The translations under genes and the position numbers were made by a program. Positions 12,637 through 26,767 of a DNA stretch of 64,000 nt are shown piece after piece (position 1 is the first letter of the stretch; each line of letters starts with the position of its first letter). This DNA comes from Tubulanus polymorphus. Lineage: Eukaryota; Animalia; Nemertea. The DNA lies in NCBI RefSeq assembly GCF_964204645.1, contig NC_134034.1, positions 7,762,962 to 7,826,961 on the forward strand, in the 5' to 3' direction. A model generated the notes under the pieces. It was not told the origin of the DNA. It saw nothing but the letters and a program-made list of their open reading frames with translations, and ran no database searches.

Positions 12637-13106
12637 TTTTATAACAAAACTTTTTTAAAAATAAATCTAACTCATTCAAATATAAATATTCAATATTAAA
12701 ATATGAATTATTTCACTCACACTTTTAATGTTTAAAAATCTAACTCATACAAATATAAATATCAAAATATGTTTAAAATATAAATTATTTCACTCATACT
12801 TTACTCACAATTTTATGTTTCAAAAATATAATTCTAATCAACTCGTTAATTACTCGTTACTTTTCTAAAATATGAGTTATTTCACTCACACTTTTATATT
12901 CTTTTAATTATCCATTTATTTTACTTATATTTTTTTCGAAGTCTGTTAAAATATGAATTATTTCTCACACTTTACTCACACTTTTATAATTAATATATAA
13001 TTCATTTTAAAATAAATGAAATTCATGTAAATAATGTTCATTTATATGAAATTATTAGAAGTAATTGGGAAAGTGTTGGTTCAGGTCAAAGGTTGAGAGG
13101 GAGAGT

Positions 13107-13440
13107 GAGCGGAACAATGGGAAAACATGCGGATGCGATGACCAATCAGATTGTTTGTTGTATAATCCTGAGGTAAATTTCACTGAAGAACTATAAATGG
13201 GAAAACCCGGGCTAAAAATAAAACGGGATATCTGATTGGCTGATGACATCATCTAAGCTGTGCACTCGGTCTTATTTTGCAGGGCTTCGTACTGTGGCAA
13301 TCTCGATGCGATCAGGTTCGAATCCCTGCCAGGGGAGGATGGCTTTTCATGGATTTCCAGGAAAGGTGACTCGCTGCACACATTTAACACGCTGGATTCT
13401 TCTTTTGCAATGATTGGCAGACAAAAAATTACCAAAGATT
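13107..13440. repeat. Partial copy of the palindromic tRNA-box-containing element at 39580-39925
   Basis: Reverse-complement similarity to 39500-39800; GGTTCGAATCC B-box. Confidence 0.65.
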
Positions 13441-14119
13441 TGAACACTTTTACGTTTCAGTCTAAACTATAGTATTATAAGTTAAATTCACAGAATGCTT
13501 CACAGGATCTCATCCCCCTCCCCCACCCAAATTTTGTCAACGGATCTGCACTGATCCAAAGAATGATAACAATGAATAAAAATCAAAAATCGGAAACTTA
13601 TCATCCCTGACTTAGGGTTGGTCATACATTATTCTATTGAAATGCTTTTACAATGATAGGGTATATTGATTCTATTGAATCGCCAGGATTCATAAATCGA
13701 ATTGAACTGTCGACAATATTCATCCACAATAAAATTCATTTCATTTATATTCATCATGCTGAATTCAATCAATGGGGATGGAGAGTGATATGACTATGTC
13801 TCAATCAGTGTTGCATTAGTTTAATCATCTACCTTTGGTCACTAAAAAGTTTAATTACTACTATTTATAACATAGTCACATATAAATAGAGAATTAATTT
13901 GTGACACTGTCACATATAATCTTAAGTTAGCTAGAATAGAAATGTTTGCTTCATTTTAATGTCTGATTTTCTTGGCTTTCCTGATCCACAGATCTGCCAA
14001 CCTAGATTTCATCGTTTGCTGAACACATGTCAAAGTTAATCAGTTTTTGCCAAAATGTTACAGTGTCCCAAATTTTCAAACCAGCAGACGTTTTTATAAA
14101 TCAGTATTGTGGTCTTAAA

Positions 14120-14490
14120 AAGGCTGAATCCAAGAACATGTCTATTGCACTTTTGAGCCCAAATGTCTACTTTTACTTAGTAGCCACTTGAGAACAATAA
14201 GCAATTAGCGATCTCAGCTACTTTTCTAGTCGTATACATTTTAAAACAGTCACTCCGAAATAATTAAACCTTTCAATTCGGTTGGTTTTCTATATTAGCT
14301 GTTTGAAAGGGTCTACTACTGAAAAGCGTTGGTAAACAGCCACTTTGTGTGAGAGTTACTGCTACATTAACAGCTACTTACAAAACACATCGACTCTAAA
14401 AGTCAACATTTCGAAATTGACCACTTTGAGATCCCTTGCCAGAAAACCCTGTTATAAGTACACTGTAGCAACATATGCTTCAGATTTGCA
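14120..14490 (+). repeat. ~400-bp interspersed repeat (other copies 22333-22738 minus, 41136-41510 plus)
   Basis: Shared start AAGGCTGAATCCAAGAACATGTCTAT and colinear body in all three copies. Confidence 0.75.
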
Positions 14491-16129
14491 GTGATACGTG
14501 ACAATACTGAGAGAAACTATAGTGAAAACTCTACTCGCGCTTTAGTTTTGGGTACAATTGTATTTAGAGTGACCCAGTTAAGATCTGAAGATCTACTTTG
14601 AGGATGTGAAATGTAATGAGCGATTCTAAACTCTAACCAATAACAATCGAGATTGGAATAAAATTAGTTAACAAATTTTCATTGGTTATGAAGTTTTAAG
14701 ATAATCAAAATTTTCATCTTTTTATGGTGATATCAATATAATGAAGAATTCGATTTGAACAAATGCAGCTATTGGTCTGCATTAATTAGGGTTTTCTGTT
14801 ATATCACAGAAAACCCTATTGATATTCGTGTGTTTATTATTATTATTTGACAATAGACGTCAAAACTGCAAAGGCTTTCTTACCTTACCGCTGTTTCCGA
14901 TACAATCCGCTTTATTTCATTTAGCTCACTTCGATCAACAGATACCGCATGGGAATTTTGATGAATCAACATTACAAAAGCACTGTCGGGCTGTAAACAT
15001 CGAAAATTGAGCCCCATTCAACGAGGCGACATGTTTTTCTGAGTCGTCATCCGAAATCCACCGCAGGCTGCTCGTCACTTACATTATCAATTTAAGTATA
15101 AATAGACAAATTTATTGCCGCAAGACTTCACTTTCAACCGCGGTCTTCAAACAGTAATTTTAACAATTACCTATTTTATTCATCGCTACACTTTAGCGAT
15201 CCACAGGATATTAACTACCCTAAATATCATATGCACTGTGGAGCTGTAAAGATCGACGAATCAATGTGTGTCTTTAATCATCGTTTTTTCACGCCATGGG
15301 AATCAAATCAAGTACAAATAAATTTATTATTCCCAGCGATTTGGCCATGGGCTTCAAACAGTTAGTCAAACAATATTCTAATTTCCTTTACCAAATTTGC
15401 CGGATATTTACTATGATGAATCATTTAAGTACCGGTGCCAGCCATAGGTCTAAACTAAACACGCCGAACAGATGCAGAGAAAAGCTTTAGTGTTGACCAG
15501 GTATCAAAATAAATGATTTTATAACTACCAACCAGTGATTCGGCCTCGGACTTCAACCATATATCAATATTCTATTTGTCCTACAGTATATACCAATTTC
15601 AGCAAATCCACAGGTCATTTACTAAATACCTGTATGTAACACGTTCTTATCCGTAAGCTGAACTCACGCTTGATATTCGGATTCAGTGTTTTCAATACAA
15701 CGGTTGATAGAAGATCGTTTCTAGGCCGCTTGGAAGTGTAACTTATTGAGGTCCTAACGACCTTTGGGCCTAAGTGCTTTACTGTTTCAAACAAACACAA
15801 TATAATTGTTGTGTTTATTAACAGACACATGGATTGAACTTCAAACAAAATTTTCAATAGAAAATCTGGCAAGATTGCTAAGACACGAAGTACAAAAGAT
15901 TTGTTTCTTCATCCGAAAATGAAATTGATTTTACAAATCGAATATTAACAGAAATAGATATTACAGTATTAGATAATAAAATAATGCACTATTATACGCT
16001 TCTTATGATCTTCGGTTAAGCTATCACTTCTAACAAGCAAAGGGTTCAATATTCATTTAGGAACAAGCAGAGGACAGCGTGACAAAGTAAATATCACATG
16101 GATTACTTAAAAATTGATTGTATCGAAAT

Positions 16130-18110
16130 AAACAATAATTATAGGTTAAATCTAAGTATTTTAGATAAATTTTTTTGGGAAGTCTTTCATCCAGGTAATG
16201 AGAGATATAAATCATTCAAGGATATAATTCATTTCATAAACACATGATTCTATTTGTATATTCCTGTCTCATGTTATCCTTGAAGACAAATTAAGCCTCA
16301 AAGACAAATTTATTTTGTTTTTCATTGTGTCGAGTGTCATCAACAGTGATGGCATCGTCGATATAACCAACTATACTATGGCCTTCTTTTCTCAGTGTTG
16401 CAAAAACTGGTTTCAGTATTTTCGTAAACACACGCAGGGAACATTTTAGTCCTTGGGGTAAGCAAGTGAACTGATAGCACTGACAATCCCAGAAAAACCT
16501 CAGGAATTACCTACATTCATCCGCTACCTTAATTGAAAAATCAGCATCTTTTAGATCAATTACTGTAAACCAACAATTTTTCTTGACTGAAGTTAAGACA
16601 TCTCGAATTGTCTCCATCTTAAAATGATGATGCTCAACATAATCATCAAAATATTTTAAATTGAGGATGACCTGATATGATAGGAGCCATGTCTGGTTTG
16701 CTGACGATAAACATTTAATAACTGGGAACGATGAGCCCCTAATCTGGCCGAATATTTCTTCGTGTTAAGTTTTTACTTATAACGTCCGTATCAGAGATAT
16801 CTTTTATCATCTTAGCCACATCGTCACCAAATAACCAATCACTACTCATCTTCAACTGAACCGCCTATAGTTTGGTATACGGAACTGGAATGTCCGCCTT
16901 AATCAACTCTCTACATGCTTGACACGATTTAGTGAGCACTGAAGGACAAATAAGGATAATGTCTGACATCAAGGAACTAATCTCCTTCATTTGAACTGTC
17001 TTTCCGGATTGAATTCTGTCAATCAATAAAACTACTGGCAATAAACCTGATAACAAAAGTTATTATCGTTAATCCTTTACTGTTTCCTCATCTCATCCCA
17101 AACTATATTCTATGTTTTGGGTACCTTCATATTTACACAGTTCGCCGGAAATGGATATTTAGCTACAGTGTCCTTCAACTTTGTTTCGATGGGCTTGACA
17201 CGAAGCCCCGCATTAATTGTAGCAGCTAATGTGGATAAAATCTCAGGACCTTTCTGAGATTCTTGTTCAAAGAATGACGAATCTCCAGCATTAGGCGTGC
17301 CAGAAGTAAGTTTATCTAGGCCCTCAAATGGATCTATCTGCCTGACTCTGCTGAGTCTGAGAGTACAAACGATTGTCATTGTATTCTCCTTCTTCTAAAT
17401 CATCAAACTCGCCATCATCCAAAATTTCGTGAAGCGAAAATGAAGCGAAATCTAGCCGCTTGATTCTGCTGCTAGTGACTATCAAAAATTCTGTGAATAC
17501 CACGGAAAAGTGCTGGGTTTCCCCCCGAATGAACCTGATCACAACTACTACCGCTGCAATTCTTGGTAAGCCGCATCGTCCTCAGTGCCATCTCGCGACA
17601 AACGCCCGATTTTCTCCTGGCTAGTCTGAGTAACCTCCATCAGCTTTTAGCCTTGTTCTATGGCTAGAACTACGAGTAGGATGCGATTTACTATCGCACC
17701 TTTACTCTTCCTTCTGGAAGGAGTAGGGTGAACAAAATAAAAAATCATTATTCCCGCTGTACCCTGCAGATGGGATCAAGACAGTAAAACCACGCCTTGG
17801 TGTGTTCAACTCCGAAGAAAAAACAATCGTAGTACCGGTAGTACTATTACTATTAGAAGTCAGCGCCACTCCTAACATCCGCTTTATCCATGATTCCACT
17901 GTTAGGCGAATAAGAGCAACTGTTCGAACAACTCCGCAACAACTTATAATCCTTATAATGACACAGGAACAATCAAAAAGTCTTATAATCTTGATAAAAC
18001 CAAAAAATTTTTTGATTTCTAAAAACACGCAGCCAATCGGCGGAAGAACCAAGAACGAACCGATTGGCAGGAACAACAGTGACGTCATCTCATGAGACAC
18101 CGTAGAAAAA
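16130..18110 (-). mobile_element. Degenerate DIRS-like (tyrosine-recombinase) retrotransposon, gag and RT fragments
   Basis: Minus-strand RT motifs IDLKDA, YQFTCLPQGL, VFTKILKPVFATLRKEGHSIVGYIDD; gag-like KYPFPANCVNMKVPK. Confidence 0.75.
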
Positions 18111-18279
18111 ACGAGAGAAATTAAATTTGTATTCACTCTGAACCGTTTAAAATTTCTGTGGTTTCTATGGTACACCTTGATGTTTTTATTGCTTGGTTTG
18201 TCTATCTTTAGTTCTGACATATTGCTTCTGTTTTTGATCTTGCGAGTTTATATACTTTGTCACTTTATTTCTGGTCAAT

Positions 18280-18316
18280 CCACCTGATGATGATGGCTAC
18301 AGCCGAAACGTTGTGG
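18280..18316 (+). ncRNA. Type I hammerhead-like motif in a Penelope pLTR remnant (~18140-18400)
   Basis: CCAC-CTGATGA(TGAT)-GGCT ac AGCC-GAAA-CG-TT-GTGG followed by AATAAA. Confidence 0.65.
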
Positions 18317-20143
18317 TTTCAAAATAATAAATTCTATGGTATAATTTGATTCAAAGTATGGGATTTCTTCATTTATAGGGTAAATCATGTTAAACAAATG
18401 TTTTTTTCCCGACTTCTGACATGTACTAGTGCACAATCATCATCTAAGTACAAATGGCGTTCTAGTACAATGTCATATTGAGAGTATTGTTATGAAATGA
18501 GGATTTTACAGTATAGTTTCAATGTCAAAATGTATATCTTATGATTATCAGTAAAATAACATAGGTAATAGACTTATTGATTTAGTAATTACCAATTTTG
18601 GAGAAAGATAATCAATATCATCAGAGTTCTCAATTGTAAATTGTAAGTTCGGCACTCTCTCACATGTCAGTTTTACGCTTATGTCAACTCTAGTCATTAC
18701 TCATAACTATATTATAAACATTTTTGAGAATAGTTCAGGATAGAGGACAGACAGTAAGAACAGTACAGAGTTAGAGTCGGAGTTAGAGAAACGCCGAATA
18801 AGTTCTGAAGCTGACAAGGGCCGACCTGCGAGTCATGAACTCCCGATATTAAAGCGAGTCATGAGCTTTGTCAAACATTAAATAAATAATATTCACGTCA
18901 GATCATCAAAAATATACTAGTTAGTATTCTCCTCAACTGGATTCAGATTTAAGAGACGTTCAACAAAGGATCGCTTCCGATAGAGAGCACACCACTTTAA
19001 TAGTCTCTCTACAACAAACGCATGGTATCAACTGCCACTAAAAAATATTTCTATTGACAAAGTCATAGAGTCTTTTATGTATGATCTTTTCCAGTACTTT
19101 AGATAAAACTTAGATAAGACTAGGAGGGATATCGGTCTATTATCAATGTCTTTTTTTTCTTTAGCTTTATAAATAGGTACAACTTTAGCAGTTTTCATAT
19201 TTGTAGGGAAGAATTTGTAGTTGAATACAATTGTTGAAGGTATAGAAATCTCATGGGCAATACATTTTTATTAGGATGTTATTCAAATCATCATGACAAC
19301 AGCTGCATTTGTAAGGTTGACTGTTTGTGAAAGTTAGAACTTCTTTTTAGTCTGTAGGAAAAAGAAATATTGAGTTATTGTTAGATGCTTCAAATATGCA
19401 TCATACTAATCATTGGTAGAATTCTGTATTTTTGAAGCAAATGATGTTCCAACTGTACTGAAAAATCATTGAAAGAATTACATATTTCTACAGGATCAGA
19501 AATTACTTTTCCTTTCATTGTAAAATTACTAGAAGTAACACATATTTTATCATTTTGCTTACCTATGACTGTTTTCAAAAAACTCCACAGCTTCCTTGCA
19601 TTATTTTCAAATGATAAGATTTTGTCAGTGAAATACATTTCCTTAGCCCTACGCTTTTTATAATTTAAGTTGTTCTGTTAATTTAAGTAGCTTACATATT
19701 GTGGGTGAGTTTTCTCAAGTCCTATAACTTTTTTATATATTTTATCTTTAGTGCGGGAAGTTATACCAAGTCCTTCAGTCATCTCAGGTTTATTAATGTT
19801 AAGTTTTCTAGTGGTTTTTAGTTTGCGAGGAGATACTTCGTCTACAGAATGTTTTATACAGAATGTTTTTTGCACAACAAAATCATAACTGACTTCACAG
19901 TTTAATTCTTGCAGAGTGTTCCAATTTGTGTTAGACAATTTTTGTTTTATTTTTACGACATTTGCATCAGATAAATCTCTATAATAAAACAGTTCATTAA
20001 CTACTTTGGTTGTATGCTTTTGTATACTAATTGTAACGAGGCACCCATAATGATCAGATACATGATTAGTAAGAATGTAGCGTTCATAATGATTGAACTC
20101 TGTGCTAAGATTTATTTAATCCATCATAGTTGCTGTTTTACAA

Positions 20144-20936
20144 CAGGGATGAAAACGGCCCATATTGAAAAAGTCGGAAAATATTTCCAAAAAAAATAAT
20201 TTTTTTGAGGAACAAAAATCAGTATCTTTTAGCCAAAAAACTTACTTCCTTTTGGTCAAAAAGTTAATAGTTTGGGCCTGAACAAGAGCCGCTTTTTGAA
20301 TGAGATGCCATATTGGTTTCTCCGACTCCACAGTTGTGCTAACAACTGCCGAAAACCGTCTTAAGGAGCACTCGGATGATATCATTGACGAGAAAGCGTG
20401 AACACATCAGTCCAGTTCTACAGACACTTTACTGGCTACCGGTCAAAGAACGGATTATTTACAAACTGCTCACGCTTGTATTTAAGTGCTTGCACAATTT
20501 AGCACCTGTTTATCTATCCGACTTAATGCTGCCGTACTCACCCACCCGTTCTCTACGCTCCGACTCGCAGAATCTGCTCACCGTTAGAAAATACAGACTA
20601 GAATCATTTGGTGGAAGATCTTTCAATGTGCATGCTCCCGTTATTTGGAACTCGCTCCCATCTCATCTTCGATCTCTAGACAGCTTCGCAGCATTTAAAA
20701 CTGGACTTAAAACATTTCTTTTTACCCGTCGCTTCTGTACCGCTGGGGAGCGCCTTTGAACACTGATTACAGTGAAATCGGCGCTATACAAATATAAATA
20801 TTCATTCATTCACTCCTAACTACGGAGCACTCCGATGTGACGTCCGCGATTGAGGTGATTTACATTGTTCTCAGGAATAAAAAAAATGTTAGAAAAGGTC
20901 GGAAATCCGTCTAGGGTCAGAAGATTTTCATCCCTG
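20144..20936. mobile_element. hAT-like MITE carrying a nested L2 3' fragment
   Basis: CAGGGATGAAAA / TTTTCATCCCTG TIRs. Confidence 0.55.
20376..20812 (+). mobile_element. L2-clade LINE 3' end
   Basis: HISPVLQTLYWLPVKERIIYK...WNSLP...FKTGLKTFLF C-terminus with a (ATTC)n tail. Confidence 0.85.
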
Positions 20937-22934
20937 TTTAGAAATAACTATAGTTGGTCTTATGATAGTTGGTAATAAGTTATAACTTAGATTTTAATTT
21001 GAAAATGTTTTAATGTTGATTAATTTTTATTAGGTCAAGATTCTGGTCCATGCCTAATATAGCGCGTTTATTTTCTCGACTTATATCTTCAAGCAAGTTG
21101 TTTAATCAGACAAGAATACCATTTCACTTGTTCCTATAGATTCTATAGATCTCACCTAGAATAATATTTTTAGAGTTTGTTCGTTTTATTCCGAGGATAC
21201 ACGATTCAAACTGTATTTCTTTAAAAATTGAAAGATCACCTCCAATTTTTAAAATCGATTTCATCAATTATAAAGATTTCAATTCCCCCTCGAATTAGAT
21301 TGGTGCCTAGCTTTTCTACAAAATTATATCGCAGTATATGATAGAGATCAAAATTTACGTCGTTTAGAAATGTCACGCATAACACTTCTACATCTATTAC
21401 ATGATTGCATTATCCGCATTTTTTGATTATATTTTTTAGTTCATAGTTTAGACGGTAAATTATGAATATTCAAATCAAGTAATTTAAGACAACCTATACA
21501 GTCATACTGCCTAAGCTCTGATGATTCAACGTAAGAAGACAATTTTTCAAACATTTTCAAATCATCATCAATTAACCTTGAAAAATCAAATTCTTTATCA
21601 TTACAAATTTTCTCCAGTCTGGTCGACATATATCCATGTTACCTAGACACATACTTATCAAAAAGTCTAAGCAAGCTAGTACTCTAATGAAAGAATGAGT
21701 AAATGATAACATGATGGATGGATAAACATTTAATAACATTTCTAAGTTTATGTTGGGGTACTCAACAACCTGAATATTTTAAATCTTGAGTTGGATATGA
21801 TATTGTTATGGAATGCAGGAGTTTGTCTAGGGAAATATTATCTGAGAATTCACAGCAATAAAATGTATAGAAAACTGGCCACAGATATTGCATTAAGTGA
21901 GAACATTTCAAAATTAAGTCCATGTTTGTTTTTGGCAGGATATATCACAACTATGTATAAACATGTAAGTGAAGTATAGAAGCTATTTACAACATATGCA
22001 ATATATGCAATGCATGAAATTCAGGTTGGCTGGGAATCTATATTAATGTCGCCATGAAAAGAAGGAAAAATCAATTTATCTTAAAACTTCAGAATGAAAT
22101 GAAATGTAAAGTAATGACAATTGGTAAACCAATTTAACTCCAATCTCGATTGTTATTGGTTAGAGTAGAGAATCACTCACTACAAATCAGATCCCCAAAG
22201 AGTATCTTCAGAATCTTCAGATCTTATCTGAATCACTCTAAATACAGCTATACCCCAAACTATAGCGTGAGCATAGAGCCTTTTACTAGTTTCTCAGTGT
22301 GTTTATGTTGTCACGAATCACTGCAAATCTGAAGCATATGTTGCTGCAGTGTATTTATAACAGGGAATCTGGCAAGCTATCTTAAAATGGTCACTTTTCA
22401 ATCGTTGACTTTTAGAAACGATGTGTTTTGAGAGTAGCTGTTATGGTAGGAGTTACTATCACAAAGTCACTGTTTACAGGCAGGTGGTTTTACAGTCACC
22501 TCTACTGCTAGTCAGAGCCAGATGTTTTAAAATGGTCACTTTTCAGAAGTAGACTCTTTCAAACAGCTACTAAAGAAAACCAACTGAAAGGTAGAATATT
22601 TCAGAGAGACCGTTTTGAAATGTATACTACTGGAGAAGTAGCCGGTATTGTTAATTGCTTATTATTCTCAAGCGGCTACTAAGTACAAGTAGACAATGAG
22701 CTCAAAAGTGCGATAGACATGTTCTTGGATTAAGCCTTTCATTTGGCAGGATTGATGGGAATAATTTACAGTAAAACATATGACCACGGATAGTTCAAGC
22801 TAAGTGAAAATCATAGAGTATGTTTACTGCAATTTACGAAAAAGCAATAATTCGTTCAACAAGAATATGCAATGAGGAGATGTGAACTAAGTGGAAACGT
22901 ATAATTTCCATGTCTATATATGAGTATGTATGTC

Positions 22935-23799
22935 AGCGGAAACGGATGTGAACGGGTAACCAGGGCCAAAGCAGTTGTCTCGGATGCCGCCTCAATTTAG
23001 GCCAGACCAAAACCCAGTGGGCAACAGGAGTGACGGGGCCGGTTGGCCGAGTCCCCACAACTTTAGCCCTGTGGGATTGCTGAACGGACCTTGCGGTCAA
23101 GGGCTCCCTCGAGGGAAAGCCGGCCTGCACCCCTACCAGTAGAGGAGGAGGTGCCATACGATTCATGAACCTGAGAATGGGCTTTGTAATCTCTAGAGTC
23201 CGACATAAAATTAAGTCAATTGCTGAAAACAAGAGCAAAAATGAAACGACTCGCGAAGAATTAATCTAATAATTAATCAATTAACTCTTTAGCTAATAAT
23301 TTCAGGATAAAATTCGGTTGTCGGCGGCCTCAGACTGCTCCCTAAGCGAGAAGTTACCGACCAATTCAATCGACCATACGGAAAAGGAACATGCGGAAGG
23401 AAACTGTTGCACCAGCAGCGAGAATTTAAGATCGAATTTATTGCAAATCTGTATAGGTAAAACCTATATGGAACGGACTCACCGAAAAAGCTTTATGAAA
23501 GAACTCCAGGGTACTAGCTCGGTCCTGGTGCCATCAACACTTGAACCAGCTTGAACACGAATAAGGATAACATCTAGCAGCACCCAATGGGCAGCACCCA
23601 ATAGAAAAACACCAAAATGAGGGCGCTATACGGAAAAAATTGAGTCGCCACCATATGTACCGCGTATTCCAAAAAATGTTTGGCGGTATTATACCGCTAA
23701 ACATTTTTTTGAAATACCCGGTATAGTTCCCAACTGAGGTAATTTCCATAATGTGCACCACGTAACGTACCCTAAAGGGATTATAGTAGTGGCCCCACA
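22935..23799 (-). mobile_element. Remnant of an LTR retrotransposon 5' end (short LTR 23656-23799, PBS-like TGGTGGCGAC at 23653-23644)
   Basis: TGT...ACA block followed on the minus strand by TA-TGG; GC-rich degenerate downstream region. Confidence 0.4.
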
Positions 23800-24217
23800 A
23801 TAATCGTGCAGATCATGTCAGTCTATATGATCACATAATTGCACACTAACATAACTGTGGTGGTCATCTAGGATGACCTGCATAAATCAAAAAGTAGAGT
23901 TGATCCTCCTTATGCCTCAAATCCACACACCAAGCGCAAAAGCAGAATATATATGTATACTGTCCCACATAACAGGCCATCACTGACGAGTGGGCATGCA
24001 AGATTGTATTGACAGCACACAGCATAAACCCAGCAGAATTTTGTGGGTGGCATATGGTCACTCAAAACAAGAGCATTGCATTGTGTTATATATGCAAGAG
24101 TCACAAGAAAGATTTTGATTACTTATGCTATAGGCCTACTGTATTATTTAGCTTTCCATAGATCAGGGTCTATGGAAAAGTTCTGCACTATAAGCTAGAG
24201 TTCTTAACACCACATAC

Positions 24218-24297
24218 CTTGTATGCAATAAGAGTATGCTCCTCGAGATAACCAGGGCTATCCCCTCTTGTTTCAAGAAAATTCCATGTATTTGTCT
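24218..24297 (-). CDS. Kelch-repeat protein, coding exon 2 ((K)TNTWNFLETRGDSPGYLEEHTLIAYK)
   Basis: tttttcAG acceptor and GTatgt donor; 80 nt. It completes the phase-1 codon of exon 1 and ends in phase 0; kelch W...P..L.EH motif. Confidence 0.85.
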
Positions 24298-24719
24298 CTG
24301 AAAAATCAATAACAATATATAGGCCTCAATATAATTCAACAAACACCTTCTATTGATCAGGTGTATGCATGCCCGCATAGCAGGAGATTCAACTTTTTTT
24401 TAATAACTAAATTTCTTCTTGACATGGGCTTGCTGACAAAATAGTTCATGATCACCTGTGTGAGGGATCTCAATACCAAAAATGAGTTGGTTGGCTCATT
24501 AATGGACCATGTCATACCTGGCAAATGGCATTCCCGTAAGACTCCCTCACATAAAATACCTGTGAGACACCTCAATATGGCCTATGTTATTGCTTTGATA
24601 AGCTTTGAGCTTTTTTGATTGAGTTTCCAGGGTCTGATACAGGTTACATGACATGTGGACATCATAAAGACTGCCGACTTTTCTTTGGAACCAACTTCAA
24701 TCTCTAGTAAGACAATTGT

Positions 24720-25920
24720 GTAGAAACAATTAACTTATAACAGCCACCAACTATTCAAAACAATTGGATACTCTAATTGACAAAAGCCATCAAGTTTCAC
24801 CAATATCGATAATGTCATGAACCTTTTATCTACCATTCTATCTAAATCGCAAACGCACGTTCTTGGATATGGACTCAATTTTGCAAAAAATTCAGTACAA
24901 TGAATTAGATTTTCATTTTGATATGCCGGTTGATTGTCTCTTAGATTTAATTGAACTTTGTACAAAAAACTTATATTTTCAATTTGGTTCTAACTTTTTT
25001 AACAGATTTTTGGTATGGCTATGGGGAATCCAGAATTCCCCTGTTTTAGCTGGTTTATTTTTAGAACATGTTGAAAGTGAAATTCTCCTCTTTACACCGA
25101 AAGTAGACTCAAACTTTGGCGACGTTACGTTGATATTCTTTGTTTAGTTTCCCCTGATTTCAATTTGAATGGGTTCTTACATTATTTGAACTCTTAATAT
25201 CCTACTCTGAATTTCACTTTTGAGTGGTAAGAAAATAACTGCAACTCGTTTCTCGATGTGCTCATTCATAATTTTGAAACAAATTCGAAATTCTCTGTAT
25301 ATAGAAAACCGACTAATGCTGAAGTTTATCTTCATTTTTTCTCATTTACTCCTCTGAACATCAAAATTGGAATAGCCAAAGGATAATTTTTTCGAGCTCT
25401 ACGTAATTGTGATCAAGAAACTATCCTATCCGGACAAAATTTTGAACAAAGCTTATTTCAAAGCCCGAATTTCTCACTTTGGACGTAATGACCTGACCAC
25501 AAAACGCAGAGCTCAGAATATTATAATCCCGTATTTACTTACTTTGGAAAGCTTTAAATCACATTAAGCACCATTGACACTAGATTAGTCTTTCAATATA
25601 ATAACAAACTCACAGATGTTTCAACCAAAAACAAACACAACAGTGAGCTGTGAATTGAGTCTGGGGTCAATAAGATACCATGTAAAGACTGAAATATGAT
25701 GTACATTGGTGAACCGGGACGTAATCTTAATCAGCGTATTAAAGAACACAGAATAGATATCCGCAACCAAAAGCCTAAGAGTGGGATAGCAAATCATGTC
25801 TTTACAACCAATCATAATTTGACTTTCAGAATTCGAAACTTATATATCCTGTAAAGACATTCATAAGAGACACATAGTAGAATCAGCCCTAATACATTAA
25901 CTTTCAAAATCTAATTTATC
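24720..25920 (+). mobile_element. Degenerate Penelope-like element (RT + GIY-YIG)
   Basis: LLDLIELCTKNLYFQF, GMAMG/SPVLAGLFLE, WRRYVD, VYRKPTNAEVYLHF, and KIPCK..YIGE.GRNLNQRIKEH fragments. Confidence 0.8.
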
Positions 25921-26767
25921 AAACTTAATTTACTCATAACGAGCCTTTCAAATGTCATGAGTTACAATTTTGTAATAGATTTTGGTAAAAAAATATGCCT
26001 AGGTGACAATGAAATCAGAAAATACTAAGTTATTTGGCGATTCAATGCCTCCTTGTGACCATATACAAGAACCAATGACATTCAACATCACCGCAATTGT
26101 AGAATATGCCATGAGGCCATCCCAAATTAATTTGCCACAACACCGACAAAAGTTTTCAGGATGAATCGGTAGGTAAGGAGAAATTTTTTTGGCAAAATTT
26201 TAGGACAAAAAAAATTTATCACATTTTTTATATAAAAACAATATCACAAATTTGCGTTGTGCACCGGAAATTTGTCTAATTTGCCTATATTTCAAGAATA
26301 ATTGTAAAATTCTTACTTCGTCCGGAGCGTCATCTCTGTGTTCAAAATGAAACAGTACATTAAATATAGGCACGCTATAACATTTATCAGCTTCTATAGT
26401 CACTAACTAGAGGACCAAAGGTCCTGTGCTCTCGAGGTACTGTCTATTATTAAATCAATGAAACATATTACATTGTTCATTCTACTAATCTTATAATTAT
26501 GCAGTATCTTTTCGCTTTAACAACTGCCTTGGGCACTACGGTGAGACTGGACGCCACAGACAGTGGTAGACAGGAACAAATACGTCAGATCGATTTGTTT
26601 TACCTTAAACTTTAGAGTGAGATATGGCCGGTTATAGTACAAAAAGATCAACAGACCAATGTGTATCACTTTCAAAGACTTGTTAATAATAATTGGACTG
26701 ATGATAACTTAAATGAAAATCTATGATTAAGTTAAGTTCATTCAAAAAAACTTATTTCACTGTATAA

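Larger units (their letters stand above)
9685..13106. mobile_element. AT-rich virus-like foldback element, copy 1
   Basis: Long inverted arms (~9725-10632 vs ~12520-13106), terminal hairpin at 9685-9767, AAAGTGTGAGT repeats, and small ORFs homologous to those at 60.4-64 kb. Confidence 0.75.
18990..21660 (-). mobile_element. Degenerate CR1/L2-group LINE ORF2 (APE endonuclease to RT start), interrupted by insertions
   Basis: LKLLDLNIHNLPSK (APE start), RKLWSFLK...ICNSFNDF linker, KTAKVVPIYK...RPISLL RT motifs. Confidence 0.75.

Noticed and set aside
9685-13106. Calling the foldback element a Polinton/Maverick or densovirus outright
   Set aside because: No pPolB, integrase, ATPase, capsid or NS1 motifs, and no 6-bp TSD or AG...CT termini visible in the window.
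13290-13345. Functional tRNA gene
   Set aside because: Only a B-box/T-arm-like segment with no full cloverleaf; part of a repeat family.
17702-18220. 172-aa minus ORF and overlapping 97-aa plus ORF as real genes
   Set aside because: Low-complexity translations in the DIRS leader and Penelope junction, with no motifs.
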